From Eledone cirrhosa (taxonomy: Eukaryota), in contig OZ024745.1 of the NCBI GenBank assembly GCA_964016885.1, positions 87,730,001-87,794,000 on the forward strand: a DNA stretch of 64,000 nt, in the 5' to 3' direction. Made by a program: the position numbers and the translations under genes. Positions 12,139 to 25,559 of the stretch are shown piece after piece (the first letter of the stretch is position 1; each line of letters starts with the position of its first letter). Under the pieces are notes generated by a model. It was not told the DNA's origin, searched no databases, and was given only the letters and a program-made list of their open reading frames with translations.

Positions 12139-12850
12139 ATACTTTGGGAGGGTCATGTTGCCAATAAGAAACACACGCACCATTGCTTTCACTCCAATCT
12201 ATTATAAATTAAATTATAAATTTAAAAAATAAATTTATAAATTTCTGGTTGGTTGGTTGGTTCCACAACCGGACGGTTGTTCATATATTATCTTTTCTAT
12301 CTTGAAGCTCTCGCCAGTGTTCATTTAATCGTTCTTCTATACTACGATCTGTCTCACCTATGTACATTATATTCTTATGTTTACATTGTCCCTCAGTACA
12401 CCTTATGCTATACACTATGTTTCTATTTTTGCAGTTAATATGTGGGCTTAGTTTACAGATTATGTATTTCACATACATAGAACACATACACGGACACCCG
12501 GATGTAACACATGCGCAAACTAAGCACACAACACACGAAAACAAGATGGCGTAGGACACAACAAAGGAGAGGCACAAAACAAAGTCCAGAATCCCCGGTC
12601 ACTGATGAGGTCACAGAATGTGTGACGAAAGAACTTTGACAATATATGAACTACCGTCCGGTTGTGGAACCAACCGTAAATTTATAAATGTATTTTTTAA
12701 ATTTATATTTTAATTTATAATAAATTGGAGTGAAAGCAATAGGTGCGTGTGTTTCTTATTGGCAACATGAGCCTCCCAAAGTATAACAATATCGGTTTCA
12801 ACACACGTTTTCAGATAAATAATCCTGCTAAACAAATTCAGAAACGATAT
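12136..12850. mobile_element. Family A PLE remnant: inverted pLTRs around a GIY-YIG fragment
   Basis: Minus-strand CKNRNIVYSIRC..YIGET at 12295-12470; pLTR on minus at 12136-12290 and on plus at 12473-12850. Confidence 0.85.
12598..12640 (+). ncRNA. Minimal type I hammerhead (family A)
   Basis: GTCA-CTGATGA-GGTCAC-AGAATGT-GTGAC-GAAAG-AA-CTT-TGAC. Confidence 0.72.
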
Positions 12851-13069
12851 ATATATATATATATATATATATTAGTAAAAAGGAAAAGAAAATGCATACA
12901 ATTTTTTCCCAGTGAAAAATAGTTTAATTAGGAATAAGTATAAATTAGTAATAAGTATTAGTTAGTATTCAGTTTTAGTTTTGAGGCTTTACCGGTTGCG
13001 CATTTCTTATGCTTTTCAAAAATAATTTTGAGATAGAGTGCTCGCGATTTTTGCTCCCTCCCCACTCTC

Positions 13070-13204
<135 letters not shown>

Positions 13205-13221
13205 TCGCTCCATATATATAT

Positions 13222-14097
13222 GATTCCCTGCCCTAAACACGCTGTGACTTCTCTCTCCAGCGTCTAGCTGGACAGTCGCTTTAAATCCTCTTATTGTTGT
13301 CTGAAATATATAGCCTTACACACGCTGATGAACCATGGGCTATTTGTTTCTGTTAACAAATTATTTGCGAAACAGATCTCTGTTGATTTGTACGTGTGTG
13401 TTATATAGTTATATAGGTTTGTATATACACTTTAATTTATATTTTTAATTACCTGTGTCTACACTGTCTTTCATAGGTTGTAGATTCCATACACTGGTGG
13501 TTTTTCCCTGTTTTATTGATGGCGCTCTATCTTTCTCTAGTGTGTTACCTTTTCAACATATTGTATTTTAAAGAACTCAGGATTCCTCTCCTTTGTGCAT
13601 ATTATTGACAGGGATAGCGAGAGTCTATGGCTCCGTTAATCTATCGTGATATTTCGCTCCGTATAACAGTCTTTCCTCTCTCTCTCTGTTTGGTTGAGCA
13701 CACTCCTCTGAGTGGTATTGGGCTGCCCTTTCTAGCAGCTCATCCCTCACACACCACTGGTTCCCTGCCCTAAACACGCTGTGACTTCTCTCTCCCACGT
13801 GTAGCTGGATAGTCGCTTTCAATTCTCTAGAGTTGTCTGAAATGTATAGCCTTACACACGCTGATGAACCATGGGCTATTTGTTTCTGTCAACAAATTAT
13901 TGGCGAAACAGATCTCTGTCGATTTGTACGTGTGTGTTATATAGTTATAGAGGTTTGAATATACAGTTAATTTATATTTTTAATTACCGTGTGTCGACCC
14001 TGCCTTTCATAGGTCATAGATTCCACTGGTGGTTTTTCCCTGTTTTATTGATGGCGCTCTATCTCTCTCTAGTGTGTTACCTTTTCAACATATTGTA
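13222..14097 (+). mobile_element. ~536-bp partial tandem repeat with one hammerhead per unit (retrozyme-like or tandem pLTR)
   Basis: 13222-13565 repeats as 13760-14097. HHR CACACG-CTGATGA..GAAACAGATC..GATTTGTA-CGTGTG at 13319-13398 and 13855-13934. Confidence 0.7.
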
Positions 14098-14133
14098 TGT
14101 ATATATATATATGCACATATATACATATATATA

Positions 14134-14202
<69 letters not shown>

Positions 14203-14396
14203 CGAAGGGATTGTGGTAAGGAACCAGGTGGACCATAACGCACCAAAGTACTCAATACCTAGGGTATTAGAGTGGGTAATAGGAACGAATAGGACCCCGA
14301 CGGCTGAGCTCAAGCCGTTTCGACGTCTGATTCTTTTTTTAGTCCAGAATTAGCCGTCGAAATGTCTTGAGCTCAGCCGTCAGTGTCCTAGTCGTT

Positions 14397-14470
<74 letters not shown>

Positions 14471-15432
14471 TAAACGGAATAGAAAATGCTGACAAATTGT
14501 TCACAGTTGAAAAATGGTTTAATTAGGAATAAAAGAGTATTAGTAATTGTATGGGTTAGTATTCAGTTGTGGTTTTAAGTTTTTAAGTTTTTACTGGTTG
14601 CGCATTTCTAAATGCTTTTCAAAAATAATTTTGAGATAGAGTGTCCGTGTTGTTTGCTCTGATCTGATTAGTTTTGGGAATTCTACCTGTTTTTATGTTA
14701 AAGAAGTGGCCCCAGCGTTACTTTGGTGTTGCAAAAATGCTTGTGGTCAAAACAATTTTGATTGGTCGGTAGAGGTCATGTGAATGTAAAAAATTGATTT
14801 TGCGCCAAGACTGTTTTTAGGTTAAAAAAGTGGCTCCAGCGCTACTTGGTGTTTGCAAAAATTCTTGTGGTCAAAACAATTTTGATTGGTCGGTAGAGGT
14901 CATGTGAATAAAAAATTTGATTTTGCGCCAAGATTGAGAAATGACTCTTTCACAATAAATATGTGTGTGTGTGTGTGTGTAGTAGTAGTAGTAAGGTGTT
15001 CGATGTTGTGATAATGGTTAGCAGGGATGTGTGTCAAATGGCTATTAAGATAAGTGTGTGTGTGTGTGTATATATAGCAGAGTAATTCGTGGTAGCAGGG
15101 ATGGTCAGTAGGAATGTGTCTGTAAGCAGTGGGAGGTATTTTAGCATGTCAAAAGATGTTTTTCAGCTTTTGTCTTATACGGAGAAGTGTGTGTGTGTGT
15201 GTGTGTATAAGTCTCTTTGTATATTAATGTACGCGTGTGTATGTGTGTGTATGTGTACATATGTGTGTGTGTGTGTGTGTGAGAATGTGTGTGTGTGTGT
15301 GTGTGGGTGGACCAGTATTTTTTCCCCCTGGTAAAATGGTGTACATTATTCGATTTTTTCAGTAAAATCGGTTCTCTTAATAGAACATCAAAAATCTTAA
15401 CAATAAAAGTTGGGAAATGATATTCACTATAC

Positions 15433-15463
<31 letters not shown>

Positions 15464-15467
15464 TTGA

Positions 15468-15532
<65 letters not shown>

Positions 15533-15859
15533 TGTTTTTGTGTTGCACCATAGAGCATGTGTGTTTACGTATGTCATTGTGTTTATATGTGGGTAGAGAT
15601 GTGTGCTGATGTAGGTATGTATGTTGACGTCTCTATGTTGTGGGTTCGTCTTAGGGAGAAGTATTTAGTACAGGAACACCCCATTCAATCTACAACGACC
15701 AACCCGAACCACATTTTACAACAACAAGGAATATAACAAACACAGGAGACCACTTAACATCAGCAGACAACCCCTCTACCCCAACCATTTTTTAGACACA
15801 GCACACAGATACAGGCAAACAAAATAACACAAGACAGGGAGGAGAAACCGATAGTAATA

Positions 15860-18114
15860 AAAATTATCAATCTTACTAGTGCAGAACCAACACCCAACCT
15901 TATCAACTTACTCTCCAAAGGTCTTAAATTCACACCGACCCCACTACGTCCTAACTACTATGAAATGAAGGAAGACATAACAGACTTCTGTAGAAAGTTA
16001 CGACTTAGTGAACAACTATTCGACCAGTACAATGAGGATGAATCATTAGCCAGAAATAGAAGCAATTACACGCCTTCAAAAGGTAGAAATAAAATCCTGG
16101 ACGAATTCTGTGAACACATCACAAACTTCCCTTACCAACACTTGCACAGACAAAAACACAAGCCAAACCTCCACAAGAAAGAATGGGAATAATTAAATAG
16201 ATTAAAAACCGACAGAACCATTACAATTAAAGAGGCTGATAAAGGGAGTACAGTAGTCCTAATGGAGACAGAATTCTATATCAACTTAGCTCTATCCACT
16301 TTGGAAAACGAAACATACTCCGAAAAGGCTGAACACTACAATCAACAGAAAATTATGAGAAACCTAAAAACTCTAATCAACCAATACAAAGAAGGACTCA
16401 CTAACAAGAAATTCAGCTTCATCACAGACTTCACAAGTAAATCCAGCCTTTTCTACGGTATCCCTAAAGTACATAAAAGCGAATTAATAAGTAAGGCATG
16501 CAAGGAAGCCACAGACATAGTCATCAATGTCCCCTCACCCAATTATCTCAAATTAAGACCTATAATAGCAGGCCCCGCTTGCGAAACTCACCGCCTTAGC
16601 AACTTCATTGATACCCTTCTCAAACCCTTTCTCAAACACATCAAAAGCTATATAAGGGACGACCTAGATATGCTCAATCACCTCCCTAATATGCCACTTT
16701 CTGAACAGACCCTATTAGTGACGTTCGATGTAGTCAACCTATACTCCAACATCCCCCACAACCTAGGAATAGAAGCTATCCAATTCTGGCTCGATAATTT
16801 CCACAATAAACTCCCACAACGCATCAAAAAAGAATTCGTGATAGAGGGACTCAAATTTATCTTGGAGAACAATTACTTCGTTTTCAATAACAAACCCTAC
16901 AGACAGAAATCTGGGACCGCTATGGGAACGAAAACAGCCCCCACTTATGCCAACCTAGTCATGGGATACCTGGAAATCACCCTCTACACTAAAGTCCTAA
17001 ACAAATTTGGAAACACCCTCCACTTACACATTGAAAGGAACTGGAAGCGATATCTAGATGACTGCTTCATCCTTTGGCACGAAAACATCGAAAAACTTAA
17101 AGAATTTCACACCCTTATAAATGGGCTCAACACGAATATTAACTTCACGATGGAATACTGCCATCACCAACTCCCCTTCCTCGACATCCTCATTAAGATC
17201 CATAACAAAAAAATAGAAACAGACATATACTACAAGCCCACAGACTCCAAGCAATATCTCCCTTTCGACTCTTGCCACCCTAGACACGTTAAAATTAATA
17301 TTCCCTACAACTTAGCCAAGAGAATCTGTACTATAGTCTCCAATAAAAACACCTGCTACTTACGGCTACAAGAACTAAAGGACACACTCATAGGCAGGGA
17401 CTACCCTGCATCACTAATTGACAATGGAATCCAATGTGCCCTAAAACTCAGTACCCAGGACCTTAGACAACCTAAAGTAAATCAAGCGAAACTAAAAGCT
17501 CTTCCATACATCTCCACACACAACCCCCTCAACAATGAGGCCTTTGACACCACCCTCCAGAACATCCCTGTGTTGAAAAAGGACCATAGAATGAACCAAA
17601 TCCTACGAACACACGATATCATAAAGACCAAAAGACAATCCAAGTCAATGAAAAACATCCTAACACATGCCAAAGTACTGCCAACCACAACAACGAAACC
17701 CACAGTAAAAAAATGCGATAGACCCAACTGTGGCATTTGCATCAACCTAATAGAGGGTTCGGAATTCTATTTCAAAGAAGGACAACGTTTTATAGTAAAA
17801 CACAATTTCACATGTGCATCGGAAAATCTAATATATGTATTAACTTGCTCAGGTTGTCGAGAACAATATATATAGGCCAGACCAAAATCAGCCTCCGCCA
17901 ACGCATGACTGTCCATAGATCCCAAATTAAAATACGGGAATACAGGAAAATACCACTGAGTGAACACATTGATACCTGTGCCGCCCAGAATCATCCCAAC
18001 TTCAGAATCTTTCCCCTCTACAAATTTAAAGATAATGCCACCCACACCCAGCGCATCAGCAAGGAATCTTACTTCATTAACAAATACGGACCCCGTCTAA
18101 ACACTTCTCCCTAA
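15860..18114 (+). pseudogene. Neptune-like PLE RT-GIY-YIG ORF with one stop and one frameshift
   Basis: LSKGLKFTPTP, KEADKG, FDVVNLYSNI, QKSGTAMG..APTYANL, RYLDD, LPFLD, CDRPNCGIC, NLIYVLTC..YIGQT. TAA at 16190-16192 and frameshift at ~17870. Confidence 0.92.
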
Positions 18115-18229
18115 GACGAACCCACAACATACACACGTCAACATACATACCTACATCAGCACACATCTCTACCCACATATAAACACAATGACATACGTAA
18201 AAACATGCTCTATGGTGCAACACAAAAAA

Positions 18230-18285
<56 letters not shown>

Positions 18286-18289
<4 letters not shown>

Positions 18290-18800
18290 AAGGTTTAGCA
18301 AATAATGAAAAAGTTTCAAAATAAATTTTAAAAAATTGACTTTACCTACTATAGTTACCTTTACCGATCGGTTTCGAATCCCAAAAATAGACGGAGACCA
18401 TACGGCCTTCGTTGCAAAGAAAGATTCTCGTCAGAAGGTTCTTTTCATTCGAAGAATATAAAATTCCTGAATTTAAATTACGAACTAGCGCTATCAAAAC
18501 TGTTCCTGGGATGAGAGTGGATGATGTAGAAACAGGTTTATCAAGGGCCGAAGTAAAGATAGAGGCAGAAGGAGGTAGGTCAAACCAGCCGCAGCTATCA
18601 CTAGCAGCAGTCGGAGCGACCAAATTTGTTCTCAACTTAGAGGAGTTAGTGATAATAGGATACGTGTTCCTTCACGCACAAGGCGCTAAGGTACGCATGT
18701 ATTGTCCAACCAAATGCCAGTGTGGTTCAATGGCGGGTTAATAAATTAACGAGCCAGAACAAATATAAACAAGGTTTAGCAAATGATGAAAAAGTTTCAA

Positions 18801-18805
<5 letters not shown>
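18286..18805 (-). mobile_element. 481-bp non-coding unit with ~40-bp terminal direct repeat and a hammerhead
   Basis: AAACAAGGTTTAGCAAAT.. at 18286 and 18767. Minus-strand HHR ACCTT-CTGACGA-GAATCTT..GGGATTC-GAAAC-CGATCG-GTA-AAGGT at 18357-18439. Confidence 0.72.
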
Positions 18806-18835
<30 letters not shown>

Positions 18836-19204
18836 ATATATGTGTATATATATATATGTATAGTGAATATCATTTCACACCTTTTATTGTTGAGATTTTT
18901 GATGTTCTATTAAGAGAACCGATTTTACTGAAAAAATCGAATAATGTACACCATTTTACCAGGGGGAAAAATACTGGTCCACACACACACACACACACAC
19001 ATTCTCACACACACACATATGTACACACACACACACACATATACACGCGTACATTAACGTACAAAGAGACTTATACACACACACACACACGCACTTCTCC
19101 GTATAAGACAAAAGCTGAAAAACATCTTTTGACATGCTAAAATACCCCCCACTGCTTACAGACACATTCCTACTGACCATCCCTGCTACCACAAATTACT
19201 CTGC

Positions 19205-19247
<43 letters not shown>

Positions 19248-19706
19248 ACACACGTACTTATCTTAATAGCCATGTGACACACATCCCTGCTAACCATTAT
19301 CACAACATCGAAGACCTTACTACTACTACTACTACACACACACACACACATATTTGTTGTGAAAGAGTCATTTCTCAGTCTTGGCGCAAAATCAAATTTT
19401 TTATTCACATGACCTCTACCGACCAATCAAAATTGTTTTGACCACAAGAATTTTTGCAAACACCAAGTAGCGCTGGAGCCACTTTTTTAACATAAAAACA
19501 GTCTTGGCGCAAAATCAATTTTTTACATTCACATGACCTCTACCGACCAATCAAAATTGTTTTGACCACAAGAATTTTTGCAACAAAAAAGTAGCGCTGG
19601 AGCCACTTTTTTAACATAAAAACAGGTAGAATTCCCAAAACTAATCAGATCAGAGCAAACAACACGGACACTCTATCTCAAAATGATTATATATATATAC
19701 TATATA

Positions 19707-21395
19707 TAAAATAAAATAAAATAAACAAGTCAAATGTTTAGAATTTGGCTTCGTTTATTACTGCTATATATATTTCGGTGACAGCCATCTTTGGCTGTGA
19801 CCTCTTCAGGTAGTCAGAATTAGTGTGGTATGGACAAGTACATATGTTGTTGAGGGAGGTCTGGCCTAGGGGGATCTTGCATATGCAAACTATGCCTGAA
19901 CGAGACCCTCGAGATACTAAGAGGTGGAAGCGGCCTGATAAACCTCAGGATAAACCTGATAAACCTCAGGACCGACTTCTTCGGGACATGCTGACACCTC
20001 AAGATATATGGACAGTAGCAACACAAGAAGATGTGAACTCCCCTCAAGCTATAAGGACTTCTCCAGAACATGTAGACATCTCTCCGCCTGACCTCCCTCA
20101 TCTATATGGGAAATAAAACACCCTAGGTTGAGAAGTCCCCTCAAGTCATAGGGACCAAGGCAGGCTGAGCAGACACCATGATAGCCTAGTGATTGATTCT
20201 GACACAGCCATTATAATTTGGCCAACATCTTTATAACACACACACATTTTAATTTACTTGATTTTTGTTTTTCTATTTTTCAATTTTTCAATCTTGATTT
20301 CTCATTATTAATAATTTGTTATTTGTTTTCTGATCTCTTCACTTTATCACCTTATATTTATTTTTAAGTTTAGATTGGTTATAACACAAACACATTTTAT
20401 TTGATTATCTTATTCTTTCACTATCTTGTTCCTCATACCAATCTATCCAACGTATTTCTGACCTTGAGATTGGTTATAGCACACACACACTTTATCTTAC
20501 TTTATTTGAATCTTCATTTTATTTATCACTTCTCCATATTCATTTCCATTACTTTTTCATTAATTTTTCATTAATTTTTCATTTATTCTTTATTCTCTAT
20601 TTATTATTTTTTTCTGTTTTCTTCATTTTATTGCCTTATATTTCTTCATATACATGTAAGAACCACCACCCACCACCACGGGAGATGGTGGCAAGAGGGA
20701 TGAAGAAACACACACACAGATACTTCTAAAGTGTCAGCAGCAGCAAGACATAAGCTGACCAGAACACCAACAACACGACCAAAATAAGGGTAGAGGTCAG
20801 ATGTACTTAACAATAGCAAACACAAACACTACAGGGAGCCTCACCCCAGAAATAATTTCTATATACTTTGGACTGAGGAATGCTCTCAAAACTGACCAAG
20901 GGGAAGTTTGACATTTGTTTGTTATTTTGTTCCTTTACCATCTTATTCCTTCTACCACTTTATCAATTTTTTTTTTAGCTAACTCCAACAATAACAACAC
21001 TACCAACACAAGCATTGAGGTCAGATGTACCTAACATTAACAATAACAACAACTACAGATTGGCTTGCCTCAAAACGAATTTCTATAGACTTTTGAATGA
21101 GGAATGTTCTAACAACTGACCAATGAGAGGAGAAGAGGCCCTTTGACACTGAAATTCGTTTGTTTGAATTCATACGATTCCAGTTCCTCAGTGAAATAAC
21201 AACCCGACCAGGAACTGAGCATATCAGAGTATTGACAAAGTTATACACTTCAACAACATATGTACTTGTCTATACCACACTAATTCGGACTGGCTGAAGA
21301 GGTCACAGCCAAAGATGGCTGTCACCGAAATATATATAGCAGTAATAAACGAAGCTAAATTTTAAACATTTGACTTATTTTTTTTTATTTTATTT
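19707..21395. mobile_element. Non-coding element with ~150-bp inverted termini, each holding a hammerhead
   Basis: Arms 19707-19854 and 21249-21395. HHR CTGAAGA-GGTCACAGCCA..TGGCTGTCACC-GAAAT-ATAT-ATA at 19760-19814 (-) and 21289-21343 (+). Another end copy at 41087-41285. Confidence 0.7.
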
Positions 21396-21557
21396 TATAT
21401 ATATATATATATTAATAATATTAATAAATGGAAACTATCTTTATAAAACCATCTATATTTTATTATATATATTTCAAGGGTACCAGTATTTTGGTACGCT
21501 ATCGTCAGATAAAATACAATAATTGGTTTACAGATAATGACATGTCTACATATGAAA

Positions 21558-21745
21558 TTAATTGTTTCTACTTTAGGCACAAGGCCAGTAATTACCCAGT
21601 GCAGTACTGGTACTTTATTTTATCGACCCCGTAAGGATGAAAGGCAAAGTCAACCTCGGCGGGATTTGAACTCAGATCGTAGAGGGACCTAACTATGCTG
21701 GAAAGCATAGCGTCCGACCCTCTACCGATACTGCCAATCCACCGT
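21558..21745 (-). mobile_element. tRNA-derived SINE
   Basis: B-box-like GAGTTCAAATCCC and central GCCTTTCATCCTTACGGGGTCGATAAAATAAAGTACCAG; other copies at 33325-33415, 40234-40418, 40845-40975. Confidence 0.8.
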
Positions 21746-21783
21746 CTACATATGAAATTAATGTTATGAGTTCTATGAAAATA

Positions 21784-21997
<214 letters not shown>

Positions 21998-22010
21998 ATA
22001 TATGTATATA

Positions 22011-22157
<147 letters not shown>

Positions 22158-22430
22158 GGTTCAGCTAACCACTCGACTCCCGGGAATGAATATGACCGCA
22201 GCTAGTAAACAAGGACCCACACCCCACCCTCCCGCACCAAAATTAGACTTATCGTCCCCTACTTTTGCTCTTTACTCTCTTTACTCTTTGTTTTTGAATG
22301 TTTGGTTGGTAGAGTCCATAACACCAATCAAACCCCTTTTATAGCTCTGACGGATCCTACGGTTACGCAAGGAAGAAACATTGTAAGCCAATAAAAATCT
22401 TTTGATGTTGTAGACGCTCTTGTGTTCTTT

Positions 22431-22476
<46 letters not shown>

Positions 22477-22480
22477 ACCA

Positions 22481-22512
<32 letters not shown>

Positions 22513-22515
<3 letters not shown>

Positions 22516-23508
22516 ACCTGATATCACTGCTCTACACCAACGCCAAACCACAAGTCATTACACCTGATGGGATGACAGGGTTCTTTGAGATACTGGCTGG
22601 AGTGCTCCAGGGAGATACATTGGCACCCTACCTTTTTATCATCGTAGTGGACTATTGTATGCGACTTGCACTGGAGAAACGCCAGGACTCTGGCTTTCCT
22701 GTAGCACCGGCTCAGAGCAGGAGAGTTAAGGCGAAAAAAGACATCGGATGATGAATTTGCCGACGACATAGTTTTGGTGACAAATAGAGTGAAGGAGGCA
22801 GAGGATTTGATGCAGGAGGTTGAGACTGTGTAGATGAGAGTTGGGCTGAGAATGAATGAGACTAAAACAACATATCTGGTAGAGAATGTTGAGAAGCCAG
22901 AGGGGATCACTGATGTAGGCGGGAAGCCGCTAGAATTGGATGAGGACTTCTTGTATTTGGGAGCAAAGATTGGGAATACGGAAGATGATGTGGTTGAGAG
23001 GAAGAGCAAAGCCTGGGCGGCGTGCCACAGCTTGAGATCGGTGTGGAAGTCGGACCTTCGTAAAGACCTGAAAATCCGCCTCTTCATTGCTTTAGTGGAG
23101 TCTGTGCTGCTGTACGGGTTTGAGACTTGGACACTGACCAAGAAACTCACTCAGATGGTGGAAGGGTGCTACACAAGAATGCTGAGGATGGCTCTGAATA
23201 TTAAACAGTATACACTGAGGATGAAAAACTCAGAGCTCAGTGTCCCAAAATTCAGTTCAAAAGTAACACAGAGGAGACTGAGGTTTGCTGGACATGCTCA
23301 CCGGCATCCAGAGTTGACATTGCACTCAGTGCTCCTGTGGGAGCCCCTACATTGGCACACTGGAAGAGGAAGACCAAGGTTAACGTATGTTGATGCGATA
23401 AGGATAGACACTGGTCTGTTGGTGAGGCAGGACATGGTAGCGATAATGAAGGACAGAGACCGCTGGAGAGAACTCGTCCATGGATCTCGGGAATTTTACC
23501 CACCCTAG
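22513..23508 (+). mobile_element. RTE LINE 3' fragment
   Basis: GVLQGDTLAPYLF, FADD, YLG, VLLYG.ETW, GRGRPR; highly similar to 46378-47375. Confidence 0.93.
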
Positions 23509-23595
23509 GATATATATATATATAGATATACATATATATACACACAAATATATATATATATATATATATTCACATATATATATATATATATATTC

Positions 23596-23639
<44 letters not shown>

Positions 23640-23957
23640 TTAGGTCGTTTGGAAGCCTCGACAATGCAAATGGGTAAATCTCCGGGTAACAAGGTCCCGT
23701 GGTGGAGAGAGAGATGTAATTGGGTGTACGTTGAGAAGCGTGGTGTGTATAAGATGTGTGAGATGTGTAGAATGAGGGAAGAGTATAAAGGTTAAAATAA
23801 AAATAACAACACAAGAGAGAGATACCTTGGGAGAGATTTAATAGTCCCTATTTATTTCGGATTCACATCCATCAAGTGGGGCTTTTTCCGGGGTGGGGGA
23901 AAGGTTGTCTGTCGGACAAGCCCGGAACGCGTCTTTCGCTGTTTGTTGTTTTGAATA

Positions 23958-23988
<31 letters not shown>

Positions 23989-23993
23989 CTATA

Positions 23994-24071
<78 letters not shown>

Positions 24072-24080
24072 TGTGTCTAT

Positions 24081-24344
<264 letters not shown>

Positions 24345-24572
24345 TTCTACCTGGAGTTGCGACCGATCGATAGTATTAGCAATTGGAAAGACCAACGGAA
24401 ACATTGTTTCCTCGGTTCGATTTGACGAAAGTCGATCGTTCCTACTATATATATATATATATTAGGTTATGCAAGAAATTCTTAAGTTTATCTTGAATGC
24501 TGTAATGGTTAATTACTACACGCCATGTCTTCCTGTTTTATTAACCATTCTTTATATATATATATATATGTG

Positions 24573-24615
<43 letters not shown>

Positions 24616-24617
24616 TT

Positions 24618-25380
24618 AGTTTCTGAATTTGTGTGTTGAAACCGATATTGTTATGCTTTGGGAGGGTCAAGTTGCCAATAAGTAACACACGCACCAGTTG
24701 CTTTTATTATAAATTAAATTTATAAATTTAAGAATTTATAAATTTCCGGTTGGTTGGTTGCTTTCACAACTGGACGTTCATATATTGTCAAAGTTCTTTG
24801 GTCACACATTCTGTGACCTCTTCAGTGACTGGGGATTCTTTTCTTTGTTTTTTGCCTCTCCTTTGTGTGTGTTGTGTGCTTAGTTTGCGCATTTGTTACA
24901 TCCGGGTGTCTGTCTATATTTGTTTATTTATTTGTTTATTTACATGTTACTGGTTGGTTGTTTGTTCTATGTGTGTGTGTGTTTTCATTTTGTCCTTAAT
25001 TCTAAGTTGTGATGTTGCAATTCCATTCATGTTTTCTATTTAATTTGGTTGGAGTTCATTTATGTTTATTGCCTCTGTGATTTGCCTAAACATTGCGTCT
25101 TTTCTGTGTGTAGATTCTATTTTATTTCTATGTTCTCTAATTTACCCTTATATTCTAACAAAGGAGAGGCACAAAAACAAAGAAAAGAATCCCCATTCAC
25201 TGAAGAGGTCACATAATGTGTGACGAAAGAACTTTGACAATATATGTACCACCGTCCTGTTGTGGAACCAACCAACTGGAAATTTATAAATTCTTAAATT
25301 TACAAATTTAATTTATAATAAAATGGAGTGAAAGCAACTGGTGCGTGTGTTTCGTATTGGCAACATGACCCTCCCAAAGC

Positions 25381-25385
<5 letters not shown>
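24618..25385. mobile_element. Family A PLE remnant with inverted pLTRs
   Basis: Minus pLTR plus GIY-YIG C-terminus at 24618-25155; plus-strand pLTR at 25157-25385. Confidence 0.85.
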
Positions 25386-25451
<66 letters not shown>

Positions 25452-25559
25452 GTGTGTGTGTGTTTCGATGTGGTATTTAATTTGTTGAAAGTCCGACAAA
25501 CATAAATGTTTATAACTGATTTAGAGCACTCAACAGTTACTGGAGCAAATATTCAATGA

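Larger units (their letters stand above)
14630..19685 (+). mobile_element. Neptune-like PLE with ~1-kb inverted terminal copies
   Basis: 14630-15668 is the reverse complement of 18097-19685, which is interrupted by an insert at 18286-18805. Coding region lies between them. Confidence 0.85.

Noticed and set aside
19823-20116. 97-aa ORF with PDKPQDK repeats
   Set aside because: Explained by a short tandem duplication; no recognisable domain.
23843-23890. Possible minus-strand hammerhead (GGAT-GTGA-ATCC-GAAAT)
   Set aside because: The core (CACTTGA) is too far from CUGANGA and there is only one copy.
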